A stretch of DNA of 64,000 nt from positions 11,250 through 75,249 of the forward strand of contig JBDHWW010000013.1 in assembly GCA_039810425.1 (NCBI GenBank), read 5' to 3'. Origin of the DNA: Pseudobdellovibrionaceae bacterium. GTDB taxonomy: Bacteria > Bdellovibrionota > Bdellovibrionia > Bdellovibrionales > Bdellovibrionaceae. The translations under genes were made by a program, and so were the position numbers. A model generated the notes under the pieces. It ran no database searches. It was not told the DNA's origin and saw only the letters and a program-made list of their open reading frames with translations. Below, one piece after another: positions 19,275 to 28,358 of the stretch (the first letter of the stretch is position 1; each line of letters begins with the position of its first letter).

Positions 19275-20996
19275 CTAAAAACGTCTTCGGAAACATGCAT
19301 CCATCAGAACGGACTCGGTCCCTTTCAACTCCGGGGCTCGGATCGAGGCCGGGGGCGTCGTCACTGCCGGTCTCAACCAAAGGCGGCGATACGCGGCCTC
19401 GGAAACGGCTTTGAGTGATGGCTGCCGACTTGCTTCGAGCAGGCGAATTAAAATGTAAGTGCGGGCGGATTTTTGCAGCCATTCGAGGGCGGTTCTCTGC
19501 TGGTCCTCCTCTGGGGCCCCGAGCAGGTTGTTCAAAAAAACTTTCTCGTCGGTCACGCGCTCCTTGAGACTCGCGATCACCGGGTTGGGAGAATAATCCG
19601 AGCACGAATCCATGAGGCCCTGCAGCTGTTGATAGTAAGTTTGAGCCCCGTACTTTTTAAGAACTCTGATGGTATCGAGGGCGAGAATATTTGTTGTGCC
19701 TTCCCAGATCGGCAGTACCTGGCTGTCGCGGAGAATCCGTGGCATGATATGCTCTTCAATATAAGCATTTCCGCCGATAGCTTCCATCGCCTCACTCGCC
19801 GTGAAGACGGCCAATTTGCCCGTGAGCGCCTTACTCATAGGAGTTAAGAGACGTGCCATATACTCCGCAGCTTTGTCTCCGCCGTCTGCCTGGTCTAAGT
19901 ACTTTGTCACTGAGAAAACCAGGTGCATCGCCCCGATATGTTCGGCGATGAGGTCGGCCATCGTCGCTCTCCACAGGGGCAGTTCCCAGAGAGGTTTTTC
20001 AAAAGCTTTTCGTTGGTCGCCATAGGCCAGGGCTTCAAGAACCGAGCGTCTCATCGCCGCGACACTGGCAACGGAGTTGTAAAGCCGTGACATGTTCAGC
20101 ATTTCCGTCATCAGTTTAAATCCCTCGCCGGCTCCACCCACGAGAAAGGCTTCGGATTTGTCCAAGGTGACCTCTCCGGTCGGCATGGAGCGGACACCCA
20201 ATTTGTCTTTGATTCTATGAATTTTGATGGTGTTCTCGTTGCCAGCGGGAAATGGGCGAAGCACGAGAAATAAGCCAAGCCCTCGGGTTCCCGGCTGTGT
20301 CTGGCCTTTTTCATCCATGATGCGGGCTAAAACAAGAATGGCTTGGGCGTCGACGTTGGAGCAAAACCATTTATCGCCGTGGATGAACCACTGCGGTCCG
20401 GATTGTTTCGCGAAGACAGAGTTGGTTCCAACGTCGGAGCCGCCTTGCCTTTCGGTTAAGAACATCGCGCCCTGCCAAAGCGAGGAGAGATCTTTTGCGC
20501 CAATGTGTTTTAAAACCTGCGCCTTCATGTCATGAGACCAATGTCTTTCTAAAACTCGGCCAAGGCCGTCCGTCATGCATATCGGACAATAGAGGCTCAT
20601 CTCGGATTGGGCGAAGTAGTAGCCGATGGCAAAGTTCGCAAGATGACGGATGGAGCGGAAGTCTTTGAGAAAATCAGGATCGTATTTTCTGCTGATGATG
20701 CCTCCGCCGTAAGCGAGCTCTTGAAGCTTCTTGAAGTCAGGGTGATATTCGACTGCGCTCGTTCGGTCGCCCTTAGCATTATGGGTTTTTAAAAAAGGCG
20801 GAAACCGATCGGCTCGGGCGGACAAAGGCGTGGCCTCAGCGGCACGTTTTCCCATATCTAAAAAGGCACTACGCAATTCTTGAAACTCTTTTTTGCCGAG
20901 CCAGTAGGACCAGAACATTTCGGCCAGTGGGTCTTCCAAAAATAAGTTTTCAAATTGGATGTCCGGAATATTGCTGATGTCGTCAGTCATTTCCAC
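19275..20996 (-). CDS. AidB-like acyl-CoA dehydrogenase
   Basis: CPICMT, MFLTERQGGSDV, KWFCSN, KDKLGVRSMPTGE, GGNAYIE, IWEGTTN. Confidence 0.88.
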   Translation of the reverse strand: MEMTDDISNIPDIQFENLFLEDPLAEMFWSYWLGKKEFQELRSAFLDMGKRAAEATPLSARADRFPPFLKTHNAKGDRTSAVEYHPDFKKLQELAYGGGIISRKYDPDFLKDFRSIRHLANFAIGYYFAQSEMSLYCPICMTDGLGRVLERHWSHDMKAQVLKHIGAKDLSSLWQGAMFLTERQGGSDVGTNSVFAKQSGPQWFIHGDKWFCSNVDAQAILVLARIMDEKGQTQPGTRGLGLFLVLRPFPAGNENTIKIHRIKDKLGVRSMPTGEVTLDKSEAFLVGGAGEGFKLMTEMLNMSRLYNSVASVAAMRRSVLEALAYGDQRKAFEKPLWELPLWRATMADLIAEHIGAMHLVFSVTKYLDQADGGDKAAEYMARLLTPMSKALTGKLAVFTASEAMEAIGGNAYIEEHIMPRILRDSQVLPIWEGTTNILALDTIRVLKKYGAQTYYQQLQGLMDSCSDYSPNPVIASLKERVTDEKVFLNNLLGAPEEDQQRTALEWLQKSARTYILIRLLEASRQPSLKAVSEAAYRRLWLRPAVTTPPASIRAPELKGTESVLMDACFRRRF

Positions 20997-21378
20997 CTGA
21001 CGCCTTCGGGGAAGTCTCTAAGTTTTGTTTAACGAGTTGAAATATTTCTTCCACTTGATCTTTGGAAAAGTCCCCGTGCTGTACTTTTTTAACGCCGAGA
21101 TTTGAAAGGTCATAGTGGCGTTCAGGGATGATGCCATGGCGTCGCAGGCAGTTCTTCGCACAGTGCAACGGACACCCGTCGATTACTGTGATAGGTCGCC
21201 CTGATTTAGCGACGCGGACTAAGGGAATGACATCGCCACCGACACCCGCAATACAGGACATCTCGGCGAGACCCTCGCGATCAATCCGTACGGCAATAGC
21301 ATTGGCGGTTTGTGCGGCACTGGAGCAGCCGGAGCAAGAATAGACCAGTTGTTTTTTTGCATAGTCCATAAATGACAT
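20983..21378 (-). CDS. DGC-domain putative zinc-binding protein
   Basis: YSCSGCSSAAQ, MSCIAGVG, IDGCPLHC. Confidence 0.85.
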   Translation of the reverse strand: MSFMDYAKKQLVYSCSGCSSAAQTANAIAVRIDREGLAEMSCIAGVGGDVIPLVRVAKSGRPITVIDGCPLHCAKNCLRRHGIIPERHYDLSNLGVKKVQHGDFSKDQVEEIFQLVKQNLETSPKASGGND

Positions 21379-21421
21379 GTCCTTTCTATCCCTATGCTAC
21401 TCTTGGACTATAGCCAAAACC

Positions 21422-21435
21422 TTGATCTGAATCAA
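21422..21435. promoter_or_regulatory. FNR/DNR-type box for the DGC-aidB-like operon
   Basis: TTGATCTGAATCAA, perfect TTGAT-N4-ATCAA; minus-strand TAGCAT -10 at 21399-21394 gives -41.5 geometry. Confidence 0.8.
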
Positions 21436-21473
21436 AAACCGCCACCTGATAGGGACTAAAATCTCGCGGAGCC

Positions 21474-21487
21474 CTGATATGTATCAT
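21474..21487. promoter_or_regulatory. Degenerate FNR/DNR-type box upstream of the OFOR operon
   Basis: CTGATATGTATCAT; TATGGT -10 at 21511-21516. Confidence 0.5.
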
Positions 21488-21522
21488 AACAAGCTTCTTA
21501 TAAAGCGCGCTATGGTGAGACT

Positions 21523-23313
21523 ATGGAAATTCCATGGCCCATAGATAATTTCGTGATCAATGTCGCTACCGTCAATGGCAGCGGCACTCAGACCGCCAAT
21601 ACTGTTTTGCTAAAATCGCTCTTTCGTCTGGGAGTCCCCGTGGGCGGAAAAAATGTGTTTCCGTCGAACATTTCGGGGATGCCGACCTGGTTTTGGATCC
21701 GTGCCCATGAAAAGGGTTTTGTTGGCGCGACCCAACTGGCCGATATTGTCGTTGCACTGAATCCGCAAACTCTCGAGGCGGATCAGACCTGCTTGCGGCC
21801 CGGGGGTTTTTATTTTTACCCACCGGAAAAGTTCGTTGGCAAAACTCTGCGCGCGGATATCGTGGCCGTGCCACTGCCATTGCAAACTCTAAGTGAAAAA
21901 CTCTCCGCTCCGATCAAGAATAAAAAACTGGCGGCGAACATGATTTATGTCGGCGTGCTCGCGGAGCTGTTAAAAATTCCCGAAGAAATCGTGATTCAAG
22001 CAGTGCGGGACCAGCTCCACAAGAAGACCGCGGCCTTGAGCGCGAACCTTGAAGCGCTGGTGATCGGCCGCACCTATGCACGCGAGTCTTTGGCGGAAAT
22101 TTCCTGGCCCTATCTGGCTAAAGCCGGGGCGCCTCCGGACGGCAAGGTGTTGATGGACGGGAACACAGCGGCAGCTCTGGGAATTCTGGCTGGCGGTTGT
22201 CAGGTGGTGTCTTGGTATCCGATCACGCCGTCGACCTCTTTGGTGGAAAACTTTGGCCGCTTCGCCGAAAAAGCACGGAAGGATGAGGCTGGAAAAAATA
22301 AATTTGCCTTGATTCAAAGCGAGGACGAGCTGTCGGCTTTTGCCATGGTGCTTGGAGCGGGCTGGGCTGGAACGCGCGCGCTGACGGCGACCTCGGGCCC
22401 AGGTTTAAGTTTGATGGCTGAAGGAGCGGGCTATGCGTACTACGCGGAAATTCCTTCGGTGATCTGGGATGTGCAGCGCCTCGGGCCTTCTACTGGACTG
22501 CCCACTCGAACCGCGCAAGGGGACATTGCCTTTGCCGCGCATCTGTCCCATGGTGATGCCAAACACGTTTTACTTTTTCCCGGCAATATTCAAGAGTGTT
22601 TTGAGTTCGGGCAGGTGTGTTTTGATCTGGCGGAAAGGCTCCAACAACTCGTGATCGTGCTGAGCGATCTGGATTTGGGAATGAACCTGTGGGTGAGTGA
22701 CCGCTTAAAATCCCCGAGTCGTCCGTATGACCGGGGCAAGGTCGTGCGCGCCATTGACTCCGAAAAACCTTTTTATCGTTACGAAGATCTGGACGGTGAC
22801 GGCATTTGTAGCCGCACTTTACCGGGAAGTCCTGACCCCCGGGCCGCTTACTTTACCCGGGGGTCGGGACATAATGCCCGCGCCCAGTACAGCGAGAAGC
22901 CTGAGGAGTATGAAGCCAACATGCGACGCCTGGAGCGCAAATGGGAGTCCGCCAAAGAACTGGTCCCGGGGCCTGAGATCATTCGGCGAAACCGCCGCGA
23001 AGGAATTCTCTATTACGGCAGCACCGAGGCGGTGATCCCTGAGTTGGAGTATTTATTGGCATTGCAAAATCACGAGTTTGATCTCTGTCGCGTGCGCGCT
23101 TATCCATTTTCGGAAACGCTTGAAAAATTTCTGGCCGAGCATGACAGAGTCTATGTGCTTGAACAAAACCGCGATGCTCAGTTGGGCTCGCTACTGAAGC
23201 AACAGTTTCCGCAATGGGCCCCTCGTTTAGAGCCGGTTCTGCACTTTGCCGGCACACCAGTCACGGCAGAGGATTTTCAGAAAAAAATTCTCGCAAAGCG
23301 GGGGCACTCATGA
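21523..23313 (+). CDS. 2-oxoacid:ferredoxin oxidoreductase alpha subunit
   Basis: ATVNGSG, WYPITPS, QSEDE, TATSGPG, QRLGPSTGLPT. Confidence 0.92.
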   Translation: MEIPWPIDNFVINVATVNGSGTQTANTVLLKSLFRLGVPVGGKNVFPSNISGMPTWFWIRAHEKGFVGATQLADIVVALNPQTLEADQTCLRPGGFYFYPPEKFVGKTLRADIVAVPLPLQTLSEKLSAPIKNKKLAANMIYVGVLAELLKIPEEIVIQAVRDQLHKKTAALSANLEALVIGRTYARESLAEISWPYLAKAGAPPDGKVLMDGNTAAALGILAGGCQVVSWYPITPSTSLVENFGRFAEKARKDEAGKNKFALIQSEDELSAFAMVLGAGWAGTRALTATSGPGLSLMAEGAGYAYYAEIPSVIWDVQRLGPSTGLPTRTAQGDIAFAAHLSHGDAKHVLLFPGNIQECFEFGQVCFDLAERLQQLVIVLSDLDLGMNLWVSDRLKSPSRPYDRGKVVRAIDSEKPFYRYEDLDGDGICSRTLPGSPDPRAAYFTRGSGHNARAQYSEKPEEYEANMRRLERKWESAKELVPGPEIIRRNRREGILYYGSTEAVIPELEYLLALQNHEFDLCRVRAYPFSETLEKFLAEHDRVYVLEQNRDAQLGSLLKQQFPQWAPRLEPVLHFAGTPVTAEDFQKKILAKRGHS

Positions 23314-24206
23314 GCCTTGAACTGAAAGACTACCAGGGAAGCCCATCCACTTTGTGTGTGGGGTGCGGGCATGACTCCATTTCCAAGCATATCATCACGG
23401 CCTGCTATCAGAGCGGAATCCCGCCTTGGAAAGTGGCGAAGATGTCGGGCATCGGCTGTTCGTCAAAGATTCCAGCGTACTTCATGTCGGCGAGTTTTGC
23501 TTTTAACTCCATGCATGGGCGCATGGCGCCGGTGGCAACCGGTGCTCTGGTGGCCAATCGAGGGCTTTTATATCTCGGTGTCAGCGGTGACGGTGATACT
23601 GGCAATATCGGCGTGGGTGGATTCATACATCTCATCCGTCGGAACGCGCCGGTGGTTTACCTGATTGCCAATAACGGTGTTTTTGGTCTGACTAAGGGGC
23701 AGTTCTCGGCGTCGGCGGATGAGGGCAGTATTTCTAAGTCGGGGCAGAGTGCCTCGTTGCCGGCCTTGGATTTTTGCGCGCTGGCGATTGAAGCCGGTTG
23801 CGGTTTCGTCGCCCGTTCTTTTTCCGGCGACGCTAAACAATTCGTGCCTCTTTTGCAAGCGGCCTTTCGCCATCGCGGGACTGCGGTGATTGATATTGTT
23901 TCACCGTGCATCACCTTCAACAATCACGAGGGTTCGACCAAGTCCTACGACTACATCAAAGAGCACGATCTTCCGTTACAGGAACTACACCAGCACGATG
24001 TGCGGGATGCGGCTCAGGCGTTGGCGCGTTTGCAAAACGCCCGTCGCAGTGGAGAAATTTTAACCGGGCTCTTTTACGTCAGCGAGGCCAGGCCGACGGT
24101 GGCGGAGGATCTGAATCTGACGGCGCGGCCCTTGTGCGACCTGCAAGAAGCGGATCTGCGGCCATCGCCCGAAGTCCTGGATGAGTTGCAAAATGAATTC
24201 ACCTGA
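23310..24206 (+). CDS. 2-oxoacid:ferredoxin oxidoreductase beta subunit
   Basis: CVGCGH, SGIGCS, HGR, GDGD...NN TPP motif; ATGA overlap with alpha. Confidence 0.92.
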   Translation: MSLELKDYQGSPSTLCVGCGHDSISKHIITACYQSGIPPWKVAKMSGIGCSSKIPAYFMSASFAFNSMHGRMAPVATGALVANRGLLYLGVSGDGDTGNIGVGGFIHLIRRNAPVVYLIANNGVFGLTKGQFSASADEGSISKSGQSASLPALDFCALAIEAGCGFVARSFSGDAKQFVPLLQAAFRHRGTAVIDIVSPCITFNNHEGSTKSYDYIKEHDLPLQELHQHDVRDAAQALARLQNARRSGEILTGLFYVSEARPTVAEDLNLTARPLCDLQEADLRPSPEVLDELQNEFT

Positions 24207-24289
24207 AAAAGAACGCAGAAACTATATCGAAGCAATATTTAATGCGATCTTCGTGTGCACACGGGGACGCCAGCCACGGGAGTAAACCC

Positions 24290-25459
24290 ATGAAGACCTT
24301 TACCGCTCCGGATTTTATGCTGTTGGATGCGCAGTTGAGCGAAGAAGAGAAAATGATTCGCACGGCGGTCCGGGAATATGTTGACGCCGAAGTGCTGCCG
24401 GTGATTGCCGAGCACTATGACAAAGGCACGTTTCCGAAAAATCTTATTCGGGGACTTGCTGACCTTGGAACTCTGGGCGCGACGATCCCGGGCTATGGCT
24501 GTGCCGGTGTCAGCTACACCGCCTATGGTTTGATGATGCAGGAACTCGAGCGTGGCGACAGCGGTGTGCGCAGCTTTGTCAGTGTGCAAGGTGCCCTTTG
24601 TATGTATCCGATCTTTCGCTTCGGCACGGAAGAGCACAAAAACAAATATCTTCCCAAGATGGCCCGTGGAGAATGGATCGGCTGTTTTGGCCTCACCGAG
24701 CCGGATTTTGGCTCCAATCCCGGGGGGATGCGCACGCGCGCCATTCGCGACGGCAGCGATTATATTTTGAACGGCGCTAAGATGTGGATCACGAACGGAG
24801 GGCTGGCGGAGCTGGCTATTGTCTGGGCCAAGGATGACGCCGGTAAAGTTCGCGGCTTTATCGTGGACCGCGACACGCCTGGCTTTACCGTGCGGGATAT
24901 CGGGAAAAAGTTTTCTTTGCGGGCTTCGGTCACCTCGGAGCTAATCTTTGAGGACTGCCGGGTGCCGGCTTCGCAAATGTTGCAAGTAGAAGGTTTAAAA
25001 GGACCCTTTGCCTGTTTGAATCATGCGCGTTACGGAATTTCTTGGGGTGCTGTCGGTGCCGCCATGGCCTGCTATGATGAGGCGCTGAATTATGCAAAGA
25101 CGCGGATCCAATTCGATAAGCCCATTGCCAGTTTTCAGCTGGTTCAGGCGAAGCTGGTTGAAATGTTCACGGAAATCACCAAGGCGCAGCTTTTGTTGCT
25201 GCAATTAGGCCGTCTCAAAGATCAGGATTTGGCCCAGCCCGTGCACATTTCTATGGCAAAAATGAACAATGTTTCGATGGCCCTTAAGACCGCACGCCAG
25301 GCCCGGGATATTCTCGGCGCGAGCGGTATTACCTATGAATATCAAGTGGGCCGCCACCTGTTAAATCTGGAGTCTGTAAACACCTATGAAGGTACGGAAG
25401 ACATCCATCGCTTGATCCTCGGGGAGCATATCACGGGCCTTCCGGCTTTTAGAGGCTAA
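24290..25459 (+). CDS. gcdH: Glutaryl-CoA dehydrogenase-like acyl-CoA dehydrogenase
   Basis: ELERGDSG, GCFGLTEPDFGSNP, LRASVT, NLESVNTYEGT. Confidence 0.85.
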   Translation: MKTFTAPDFMLLDAQLSEEEKMIRTAVREYVDAEVLPVIAEHYDKGTFPKNLIRGLADLGTLGATIPGYGCAGVSYTAYGLMMQELERGDSGVRSFVSVQGALCMYPIFRFGTEEHKNKYLPKMARGEWIGCFGLTEPDFGSNPGGMRTRAIRDGSDYILNGAKMWITNGGLAELAIVWAKDDAGKVRGFIVDRDTPGFTVRDIGKKFSLRASVTSELIFEDCRVPASQMLQVEGLKGPFACLNHARYGISWGAVGAAMACYDEALNYAKTRIQFDKPIASFQLVQAKLVEMFTEITKAQLLLLQLGRLKDQDLAQPVHISMAKMNNVSMALKTARQARDILGASGITYEYQVGRHLLNLESVNTYEGTEDIHRLILGEHITGLPAFRG

Positions 25460-25488
25460 GAAGAAAAAAAGATTTGCTTCTGAGAAAA

Positions 25489-25502
25489 TTGATCCAAATC
25501 AA
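25489..25502. promoter_or_regulatory. FNR/DNR-type box upstream of norC
   Basis: TTGATCCAAATCAA, perfect; CATGAT -10 at 25525-25530 gives -41.5 geometry. Confidence 0.85.
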
Positions 25503-25561
25503 CGATTTGAAAAAGGCCTGACGGCATGATAGAAGTACTTCACACGGAAGGATCTTTTTTC

Positions 25562-26254
25562 ATGCTAACGAAGTCACAAGCTAAGACGTTTTTTTTAGTG
25601 GGCACCGCCGTGTGCTCTCTCGCGTTTGTCCTGCTCACCTTGGATACTTTTAAAAGAATCCCGGAGCAAACCCGCCAGGCCGATCTGAATGAATCGGCCA
25701 TTCGAGGAAAGCATCTCTTCGACCAGAATAACTGTATGGGGTGCCATACTATTTTTGGTGAGGGGGCTTACTATGCGCCGGAACTCACCAAGGTGTGGGA
25801 GCGTCGCGGAGAAGCTTTCATCAAAGCGATGTTGAAAGACCCACAGGCGATGTATCCGAATGACCGCAAGATGACAAACTTTCATTTGACCGACCAGCAA
25901 ATTGACGATTTGACGGCTTTTCTAAAATGGGCCGGTAATGTGGATCTCAACGGTTTTCCAGCAAAACCGGATCTGAAACCCGCCGAACCTGCCGCAGTAG
26001 CAGCGGCGGAAGGTCAGGGGGTCGCGCAGCCGGCCGTCTTCGGTCAAGTCTGCGTTGCCTGTCATGCCCTGCAGGGCCGTGGCGGCAATGTCGGGCCCGC
26101 GCTTGATGGTGTGGGCTCACTCCGGGACGAAGTCTATTTGCAAAAGTGGCTCGTGAACCCTCAGGATGTCAAACCCGATGCGAAGATGCCAAAGCTTCCG
26201 TTGACGGAAAAAGACATTCAAGAGCTTGTCGCGTATTTGTCAAAATTGAAATGA
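25562..26254 (+). CDS. norC: Nitric oxide reductase cytochrome c subunit with extra C-terminal cytochrome c domain
   Basis: MLTKSQAK N-terminus, CMGCHTIFGEGAYYAPELT; second motif CVACH. Confidence 0.9.
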   Translation: MLTKSQAKTFFLVGTAVCSLAFVLLTLDTFKRIPEQTRQADLNESAIRGKHLFDQNNCMGCHTIFGEGAYYAPELTKVWERRGEAFIKAMLKDPQAMYPNDRKMTNFHLTDQQIDDLTAFLKWAGNVDLNGFPAKPDLKPAEPAAVAAAEGQGVAQPAVFGQVCVACHALQGRGGNVGPALDGVGSLRDEVYLQKWLVNPQDVKPDAKMPKLPLTEKDIQELVAYLSKLK

Positions 26255-26261
26255 GGATGTC

Positions 26262-27590
26262 ATGAAATACCAAACACAAAAAATCTCATATTGGTTCTTC
26301 GCAACATGCATGCTGCTCTTTTTCCTGCAGCTGGTTTATGGCTTTATCATGGGCTTCGCGCACATGGGGTTTGACGGTCTTCACCAATGGATTCCGTTCA
26401 ATGCCGCCCGCGCGACTCACACCAACTTATTGGTGATGTGGTTGCTGGCGGGCTTTATGGGGTCTGCTTATTACATAATTCCTGAAGAGGCGGGGCGGGA
26501 ACTTATTTATCCGAAGCTCGCGCTGGTACAGCTCGGAGCTTTCGTCGCCGTCGGTGTTACGGCCATCATCGGCTTTCACTTTAATTGGTGGGAAGGGCGC
26601 AAGTTTTTGGAAATTCCGCGTCCTCTGGACTATCTAGTGGTTGTCGATGTGTTGCTTTTCATTTTTCTCATTGGCGGAACTATCTGGAAGGGACGTCGGT
26701 ATACAACAACGAGTATGGTGTTATTCTTTGGCTTGTTGACGGCGGCTTTGCTGTATCTGCCCGGCATGATTGAGACCGATAATCAGACCCATGATTCCTA
26801 CTGGCGTTGGTGGGTTGTGCATCTGTGGGTGGAAGGAGTTTGGGAACTCATCATGGGTGCGATTCTTTCCTTCTTGCTTATTAAATTGACCGGCGTTGAT
26901 CGCGAGATCATTGAGAAATGGCTTTATATTATTGTCGGCTTCACCTTTCTTTCGGGAATTTTAGGGACCGGCCACCATTACTACTTCATTGGCACGCCGA
27001 AATATTGGCTATGGATCGGCGGAGTGTTTAGTGCGCTGGAGCCCGTGGCCTTTTTAGGAATGGCGATTTACGCCATTGCAATGGCGAAAAAGGGCGGGAA
27101 AATTCCGGACAATAAGATGGCTTTGTCATGGACGATCTGTACGGCGGTTTTGTCGTTTGTCGGCGGGGGATTCCTGGGGTTCGCGCACACGCTCCCTCAA
27201 GTGAATCTTTATACCCACGGAACTTTGGTCACGGCGATGCATGGCCACTTGGCGTTCTGGGGAGCATACGCCTGCTTGGTGCTGGCGATTATCACCTATG
27301 CGATGCCTCATTTGACTGGGCGTAAACTACAAGACACCGCCATGAATATTTTCGCCTTTTGGACTTCCAATATCGGTATGGTGGCGATGACCGTGGCATT
27401 TGGTATTGCTGGTGTGGCACAGGTGTATCTTGAACGGCGCATTGGTATTGAATTCCTTACCGTGCAAAAAGAGATCGCCGTGCATTTTCTGGGGCTTGTG
27501 CTAGCCGCGACTCTCTTCACCGGCGGAATCATCGCCTTCATCTGGAACTTCATCCGCTTCGGTAAACCTGTCGGAGAAGTGCAGAAATGA
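26262..27590 (+). CDS. norB: Nitric oxide reductase large subunit (cNOR)
   Basis: HTNLL, WWVVHLWVEGVWE, GTGHHY, HGHLAFWG. Confidence 0.95.
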   Translation: MKYQTQKISYWFFATCMLLFFLQLVYGFIMGFAHMGFDGLHQWIPFNAARATHTNLLVMWLLAGFMGSAYYIIPEEAGRELIYPKLALVQLGAFVAVGVTAIIGFHFNWWEGRKFLEIPRPLDYLVVVDVLLFIFLIGGTIWKGRRYTTTSMVLFFGLLTAALLYLPGMIETDNQTHDSYWRWWVVHLWVEGVWELIMGAILSFLLIKLTGVDREIIEKWLYIIVGFTFLSGILGTGHHYYFIGTPKYWLWIGGVFSALEPVAFLGMAIYAIAMAKKGGKIPDNKMALSWTICTAVLSFVGGGFLGFAHTLPQVNLYTHGTLVTAMHGHLAFWGAYACLVLAIITYAMPHLTGRKLQDTAMNIFAFWTSNIGMVAMTVAFGIAGVAQVYLERRIGIEFLTVQKEIAVHFLGLVLAATLFTGGIIAFIWNFIRFGKPVGEVQK

Positions 27591-28357
27591 AAACCTACTA
27601 CCGGTCGGTCGCGGATGAAGTCGAAGTTTTTGAAAAGTGTTTTCAAAATCAACTTCCGTTACTGATCAAGGGACCGACAGGTTGTGGGAAAAGTCAGCTC
27701 GTCTCTTTTATGGCTGAAAAATTGGACCGCCCCCTGGTGAAAGTCGCTTGCAACGAAGACACCAGCAGCTCGGACTTGCTAGGCCGGTTCCTCATTCAGG
27801 GAGCCGAGACTGTTTGGCAAGATGGGCCGGTGGCCCGGGCCGTCAGAGAAGGCGCAATTCTTTATTTAGATGAAATCGCCGAAGCCCGTGAGGACGTGAT
27901 CGTAGCCTTGCACCCGCTGACGGATCATCGGCGCCAGCTATATTTGGATCGCACCAATGAAGAGTTGGTGGCGCCTCCTGGTTTTATGTGCGTTGCCAGT
28001 TTCAATCCTGGCTACCAGCGTGGTTTTAAAGAGTTAAAACCCTCGACCCGGCAGCGATTTGTGACAACGAGCCTTGGCTATCCTCCACCGGAGACGGAGA
28101 CAGAGATTGTTCATCATGTGTCCGGCCTTGATATCAAAAATTGCGGAAAACTTGTGGAGCTTGCGGCAAAAATTCGCGGGCAGGCTCACTTGGATCTGCG
28201 CGAGACCGTTTCAACACGACTGCTGGTTCATGCGGCCCGGCTGGCGCAGGCGGGGCTGCCGTTGCGCCGAAGCTGTGTTTTTGCGATCGCCCAATGTCTG
28301 TCGGATGACGTCCAAGTCGTTGAGGGGTTACGGGATCTGATTCACTTGAGTTTGTAG
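27587..28357 (+). CDS. norQ: NorQ/CbbQ AAA+ ATPase
   Basis: GPTGCGKS, LYLDE, NPGYQ...KPSTRQRF. Confidence 0.93.
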   Translation: MKTYYRSVADEVEVFEKCFQNQLPLLIKGPTGCGKSQLVSFMAEKLDRPLVKVACNEDTSSSDLLGRFLIQGAETVWQDGPVARAVREGAILYLDEIAEAREDVIVALHPLTDHRRQLYLDRTNEELVAPPGFMCVASFNPGYQRGFKELKPSTRQRFVTTSLGYPPPETETEIVHHVSGLDIKNCGKLVELAAKIRGQAHLDLRETVSTRLLVHAARLAQAGLPLRRSCVFAIAQCLSDDVQVVEGLRDLIHLSL

Positions 28358-28358
28358 T

